Below are positions 56,788 through 64,000 of a DNA stretch of 64,000 nt, in pieces. The DNA comes from Octopus vulgaris (lineage: Eukaryota): NCBI GenBank assembly GCA_951406725.2, contig OX597828.1:71672001-71736000 (forward strand), given 5' to 3'. The notes below the pieces were generated by a model. The model was not told where the DNA came from. It did not search any database and saw nothing but the letters and a program-made list of their open reading frames with translations. Made by a program: the position numbers and the translations under genes. Position 1 is the stretch's first letter. The number at the start of each line of letters is the position of its first letter.

Positions 56788-57067
56788 ATACTTTCACTTT
56801 AATAGTTTCAGTATTAAAGTGAAAGTATCTGCATTACAAAAGAGAGATGTTTTTGTTTCACTTTTAACACGTAATACTGAAATAGTGGAGAAGATATGAA
56901 ATTGCTGTGGGGTCGCCCTAGGGAAAAAGTTTAGATTTTTTGGGCCGATGACACTCCCCGGACCCTAAGTAAGGCATGTGTAAAATTTGAATGAAATTGG
57001 TTGTGTAGTTCTCAGGTTTTAGGGAAACACACAGACAGACAGACAGACACACATTCTCAGTTTTATT
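56788..57067. mobile_element. Second copy of the Helentron-like repeat end
   Basis: GGACCCTAAGTAAGGCATGTGTAAAATTTGAATGAAATTGGTTGTGTAGTTCTCA is identical to the sequence starting at 55146. Confidence 0.5.
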
Positions 57068-57068
57068 A

Positions 57069-57508
<440 letters not shown>

Positions 57509-57972
57509 GCATACGTATACTTATAAATATAAATATACAGCTATATTTATATACATACATATACTTATATATATAAAGCATATATATATATATATATATG
57601 CATATGCATGTGTGTGGGTGTGTGTACATATATATATATATATATGCGTATGCATGTGTGTGGGTGTGTGTACATATATATATATATATACATACATAAA
57701 CATATATACATGTATATATATATCTTTTTTTGTGTAAATACGTATATTCATATGTTCATATATAGTTATATACATGCATACGTGTATGCATCCATGCATA
57801 TATACATATACATACATACCTATTTTTACATATATATGTATGTGTATACATGTGCACACATAAATACAGACACACAAGTATGTTTATACAAGGGTGAGAA
57901 AGCGAGAGTGGAGGATGAAGATGAGAGAGGGAAAGAGAGAGAGAGTTAGTGTGCGAAAGAGAAAGAGAAAGA

Positions 57973-58009
<37 letters not shown>

Positions 58010-58153
58010 GGAAGAGAGTGAGAGAGACATCAAAATGAACAACCGATGATTAAATCGCTGAGTTTTAATTATAATAAGGAGAGCAAAAATAATTGAACGA
58101 GTGTTTTCTGAATAGAGAAGGGGAGATAGGTAGAAATAGGGATAGATAGATAG

Positions 58154-58193
<40 letters not shown>

Positions 58194-58477
58194 AAAGAGA
58201 GAGAGAGAAAAGGAGATAGAGAGACAGAGAGCGTGGCGGGAAGATTATTGTTGTGTAGAAAATGTATTAATAGCGCAGTAAATAGCAACGAAAGTATTGT
58301 TTGCTTTCAAGTAAACATAATTAGGTCGACATATTTACTAAACAGGACCAGATGTAAAGATATCTTCATTTTCTCTTCTCTTGTCGGCTCTCGGCTCTCA
58401 AACAGGCTTTTCGTTTAAACCATTACGAAAAAGGAAAGAAATAAGATAAAAGAAAATCATCCAGGATGTTCATTTGT

Positions 58478-59010
<533 letters not shown>

Positions 59011-59212
59011 CCTTTCTACTATAGGCATAAGACCTGAAATTTTAGGGGAGGGCACTAGTCGATTACATTGACCCCCCAGTATTTCACTGGTACTTAATTT
59101 ATCGACCCCGAAAGGATGAAAGGGAAAATCGACCACGGCAGAATTTCAACCCAGAGCACAAAGACAGACGAAATGCCGCTAAGCATCATGCCTGGTGTGC
59201 CAGCTCGCCGCC
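59011..59212 (-). mobile_element. SINE family A
   Basis: ACTGGTACTTAATTTATCGACCCCGAAAGGATGAAAGG...GCCAGCTCGCCGCC; embedded in (AAT)n. Confidence 0.85.
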
Positions 59213-59374
59213 ATATTAATAATAATAATGATAAGGATAATGATAATAATGATGATGATGATGATGATAATAATGATGATAATAATGATGATAATAATGA
59301 TGATGATGATAATAATAATAATAATAATAATGATGATGATAATAATGATGATGATGATAATAATGATGATGATG

Positions 59375-59434
<60 letters not shown>

Positions 59435-59507
59435 GTAATAATAGAGTAAAAACGATAACAAATAACAATGAAAAGAAATTTTCCTGAAACAACAACAACA
59501 ATAATAA

Positions 59508-59702
59508 CCTCAAATTTTTGGCACAAGGCCAGCAATTTTGGAGGAGGGGTACATCGATTACATCAACGCCAGTGCTCAGCTGGTCCTTATTTTATTGACC
59601 CCAAAAGAATGAAAGGCAAAAAATTGCTCACGGCAGAATGTTGAACTCAAAATGTAAAGACGGACGAAATGCCGTCAAACATTTTATCCGGTGAGCTAAC
59701 GA
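59508..59702 (-). mobile_element. SINE family A
   Basis: TTTGGCACAAGGCCAGCAATTTT...GAATGAAAGGCAAA...GACGAAATGCC. Confidence 0.8.
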
Positions 59703-59708
59703 GTTATT

Positions 59709-59750
<42 letters not shown>

Positions 59751-59754
59751 ATTA

Positions 59755-61612
59755 TTATATGTTTAACTTTTGCTTTGTATTTGTACAAGTTGGCTCTAAG
59801 TCTCACCCAGAGTTAGAAGTTCAAGTTGGTGTTATGTCTAGGGTGTCATATATTTGGTTTTGCACAGTGTTCTAGAGAATGTTTATGAAAACAAGAAAAT
59901 TACAAGTTTGTTTTAAAATTTGGGATTCCATAGACAGTATTTTACGTAGGATATAGGGAGTTCTCATGAGCACTCTCTTTTGAATTTCTGCCGTTTTGGG
60001 ATTTCCTGGTATTTGAGCTAGGTAGGAATCAGACCCTCTTACTATCATACCTAGGGCACCTATGATCACAGGTATTGTTTTAGTCTTGAGGTTCCACATC
60101 ATGCCAATTTCTATTTCAAGATCTTCATATTTGCTCAGATTTTGGTAGGTCTTGACAGATACATTTATATCGATTGGGACAGTTATATCAATGAGGAGGC
60201 ATGTTCTTTGTCTGACGTTTTTCAGTATGATGTCTGGCATATTTGCATCTATCTTTCTGTCAGTTTGAACGGAGAAGTTCCAGAGGAGTGAGATGTGGTC
60301 ATTTTCAAGCATTGGAAGTGGTTTGTGTTCCCACCAGTTTTTATCATGGGGCAGGTCCAGGTTTTTGCAAATTACCCAGTGAATATACTGTACTGCTCTA
60401 TCATGCCTGTTGAGATACTCTGTAGATGTAAGAAGACTACACATGGAGGCAACATGATCAATGGTTTCATTTTGTTGTTTACATACACGACATGTGGGGC
60501 TACTGCTGTTCTTTAATATGTTGGCCTGGTGGCTCCTAGTACGTAGGCATTGATCTTGAGCTGCTATGATAAACCCTTCTGTTTCTGATTTTAAGCCAGA
60601 AGACACTAACCATTGATGGGCAAGGGCTTTGTCAACATCGGCATTATTAGCTCTCTTTGGGTATTTGCCATCGAGAGGTTTTTTGTCATTTATCAGTAAG
60701 AATATCTAAGGCAGCAGTTTTAACACTGATTTTCATACGCTTAGCTTTTTCTATGCTTGTTTCCAGTACGTCTAATTCTGAGATTTGTTGTATTTGGAAT
60801 TCACTGAGATATTCTTTTGACTGTTTTGTTACTGAGTATGAAGCTTTCTTGTTTTTATGCTTTAAGACAAGTTTTAACATCCAGTCATCAGAGTTTTTCA
60901 GGTAGGTCTTAAGGCCAATTGTGGCAATCTTCATTGTTAATTCCTGTTGTAAAAGTCCACGGCTACCCTCTTTTCTTGGCAGGTAAAATCGTTCCATATC
61001 TGCCTTAGAGTGGTGCATTCTATGCATTGTCAATAATTTTCGTATCTTTCTGTCTAGATTACATATTTCAGTAATTGACCAGTTAATAATATTGAAACTG
61101 TAAGTATGGCTGAAGTATTGATCGCTTCGATCCTGTTTCTTGCATTCAGCTCTGTCTTGATTATTTCCCTTACTCTGCGACAACATTCTTTTCTGATCTT
61201 TCCATCATCATTGAATGTTTGATTCCATCACCTTCAAATATCTCTTGGTATTTGTAGCTCTCCGCTGGTTTCTAATTCCTTTATGACATTCTGCTGGTCA
61301 AGATTAACATTGGATATTTCTGTCATTTTTTCCTTTGATAAAAGTAGCTTTTGCATACATGTAAATGAGATGATTTATATTTTTATCAAACAGTTTATAG
61401 CTAGATTGTTCATCATTGAGTAATTTCGAGAGAGGTTTTAAGGCTAGACAAAAGAGGAGTGGTGATAGAGAGTCACCTTGGAAAATAGCACAAGGAATTC
61501 TTACATCTCCAGCATTGAGTGATTCATTGTGACTGTTCAAAGTCAGTGTGGTTCTCTATGATCTCATACTTACAGACAAGAAGTTTCGCAGAGTAGGTGC
61601 TATTTTATAAAT
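59755..61612 (-). mobile_element. R4/Dong-clade non-LTR retrotransposon, 5'-truncated pseudogene (RT, CCHC finger, REL endonuclease)
   Basis: FQGDSLSPLLFCLAL (RT), ERFYLPRKEGSRGL, AAQDQ, CRVCKQQNETIDHVASMC, RHD, PDIIL...LIDITVP; frameshifts; the YMDD region is deleted. Confidence 0.93.
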
Positions 61613-61619
61613 TTATTAT

Positions 61620-62177
61620 TGAGTGAGAGAACAGTGCATGCCATCAAAGTGACACTGGGGTAAAATATACAAAGCCCAGTATACCCATCATGACTACCCG
61701 TCTGATAAGGGTACACTAAGCACATGCATCACAACCATATGTGCGTAACATGGTCATCTCATATCAAGATAAACAGCTCATGACCTTGTAGGTGGGGCCC
61801 GGTTAGAATTTTCTTGTGGTCGAGTAACCCATCCCGTTCAAAAGATCCCTGAATAAAGGGATGTTTAAGGATGTGGAACGAAACCCCTATGTTTCTAGAG
61901 GTGAATTATCCAAACCCCAAAGAATTCCTTTCAACACATGGCTATGATGCCACCCCCACTACTTCTGCTCGTGATCAGAGATGCACATGTCGTCAGCCAC
62001 TAAGGGACATGCTCAACTGGTTAAGGTCAAACAACTGACAAGCAAATCTGTGGTATTGAGCAGAATATTTGCTGTAGCCCATCTTTTAGTACCAAGACAT
62101 AACAATGTACATAATAACACTTCCAATCAGTTAAGATCAGAAGCCATGAGAGCCACTGCCTGGTACTGCATCAGGGC

Positions 62178-62180
<3 letters not shown>
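61620..62180 (+). mobile_element. About 560-bp interspersed repeat, probably a non-autonomous Dong/R4 derivative
   Basis: Flanked by (TTA)n; vestigial SARDQ, PRHNNV and LPGTAS strings in LINE order. Confidence 0.45.
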
Positions 62181-62268
<88 letters not shown>

Positions 62269-62279
62269 ATTATTATTAT

Positions 62280-62430
62280 TATCCTAACTTCTCCTAAGAT
62301 ATCTATGTCACGTCTCTTCAATTCCTTTCCGCAGCTAAGAGACGCAACATTTTCCTCAACACATGCAGCGATGTTCCAAATATTGCTGCCAACTGAATAC
62401 TTGCTATGAAGTTTGGCATTTGCAGCTTTT
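62280..62430 (-). mobile_element. RTE-type LINE AP-endonuclease N-terminal fragment
   Basis: IWNI...KELKRRDIDILGEVR resembles the WNVR...ELxRxxIDIxxLxEVR motif. Confidence 0.55.
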
Positions 62431-62639
62431 GATGTCAGAATATCACATTCTTTGCGATGCACCCAAGTACACCAATGAGTATCACGCTCGATTTTGAGGC
62501 TGTGGGTTCGTTTCACTTCTAAATTTAAGTGCACCTCCTCCTCCTCCTCCTCCTCCTCCTCCTCCTCCTTCTTCTTCTTCTTCTTCTTCTTCTTCTTCTC
62601 CTCCTTCTTCTTATCATCATCATTGTTGCTGTTGTTGTT

Positions 62640-63405
62640 TTTATTACTCTTTGAACTTGAGAATCAAGATCATTTTCGTTTTGGGCGACATGTTTGACGT
62701 CATCCATATATACAACAGAATATCTTATTTCCGTCCTTGTTCTAAGCAAGTTCATAAGCAGGTTTGCATTTGCTCGGTTTTGTAAATCAAAGAAATCGAT
62801 GCAATCAAGAAAAGCAACAGAGAAAGTAAGATTCCGCATTTTCCCATTTTTTTTCCCGATAATTCACTTCCTCGCTTTTAGTTCAATTTCCCGCTGTCTC
62901 ATCGCGGACCCCAAAGGTTCTCAACCACTCCAAAAGCCAATAATGTAATGAATTATCAGATACCTTCTTGTAGTCTCTCCAATCCAACCAATTGCTAATT
63001 TCTTCTTTCTTAGCTGCTCATCACTTCGTATCATTCTATCGATATAAAACAAATCAACGGCTCCCTTTGATTTTCTTATGCAACCTTTTTGCTCTTCTGA
63101 TAACCGTTTCTCCTGTAAAGAAAAACGAAAGCTATATAATTCCTCTGCTATGATACCAGTGAGCAATATCTACAGCAATGCTAAGCTCGTAATAGGCCAA
63201 TAATTACTGACTTTCTCTATTTTCGTTCTTCTCTATTAACGCTTTCCTTCTTTTTGTCATCCATATTGGTGATCCATTTTCTACACAAGCGGTAAGAAGG
63301 ATTTATGTATAACTGAAGAATTATTGGAATTGTGGAATTTTTGAACCAGAAACCCTGCATATTGTCTGGTCTTGGTTCTTTCCAGTTTCATATCCTTTTA
63401 AACAT
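62640..63405 (-). mobile_element. Decayed R4/Dong-type RT fragment
   Basis: EEQKGCIRKSKGAVDLFYIDRMI...LAIGWI and YMDDVK motifs. Confidence 0.8.
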
Positions 63406-63425
63406 GTTCTACTGATGATGATAAC

Positions 63426-63486
<61 letters not shown>

Positions 63487-63509
63487 TAATAATAACAACA
63501 ACAACAAAC

Positions 63510-63865
63510 TATGCTGGATCATAGACATAGCATGCGCAGCTGTCAACAAGGTATGCGATAAGGTAGAAAGAAAGTTAGTGAGATATGACAGGTTAGCTTG
63601 GGAGGTTAAGCAGTTGTGGTCGATGAAAAAGGTAGCAGTAGTACCAATAATTGACTGAACCCTGGGAACAGTGAGCAAAAATCTTGAAGTACGTGGAACA
63701 AATAGGGGCTGCAATAAGGGTGGGGTACTTGTAGAAAACAGCGCTGCTTGGAACCGCTCAAATACTCCGGAAGGTGCCCGAAAAATAAGAGGTGTTTCTT
63801 TAGTTCATTGGTAGTGACCAGCTGACACCGTAGTACATTTCCAGCATTAGAAGCTGTGCAAAGTC
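63510..63865 (+). mobile_element. R4/Dong-type LINE 3' end within (AAT)n
   Basis: CWIIDIAC...YDRLAWEVKQLWSMKKVAVVPII...KTALLGTAQILRKV*, then a short UTR and (AAT)n. Confidence 0.88.
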
Positions 63866-63925
<60 letters not shown>

Positions 63926-63926
63926 G

Positions 63927-63998
<72 letters not shown>

Positions 63999-64000
63999 CG

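Overview
Repeat-rich animal genomic DNA, most likely from an octopus. This assignment is an inference from the very dense (AT)n/(ATGT)n/(CA)n/(TAA)n/(GAT)n microsatellites and tRNA-derived SINE families that I recognise from coleoid cephalopods. There is one credible host protein-coding gene: an uninterrupted Shaker/Kv1-family voltage-gated K+ channel ORF on the minus strand (37481-39031, likely start 38857). It is unusually divergent: S4 lacks one R-x-x triplet, the S4-S5 linker and S6 gate are altered, and the C-tail is very short. The rest is decayed mobile DNA: Tc1, mariner, DD40/41D (rosa/Visitor) and pogo remnants and MITEs, R4/Dong-type and RTE-type LINE fragments, three SINE families and Helentron-like repeats. 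The less obvious findings are five dispersed minimal hammerhead-ribozyme motifs with palindromic stem III (Penelope/retrozyme type; two long-loop motifs and one short one keep the core nucleotides), fold-back elements built from duplicated 3' ends of a LINE and of a DNA transposon, and a CRE/CCAAT motif cluster. Almost all other ORFs in the track are microsatellite artefacts.
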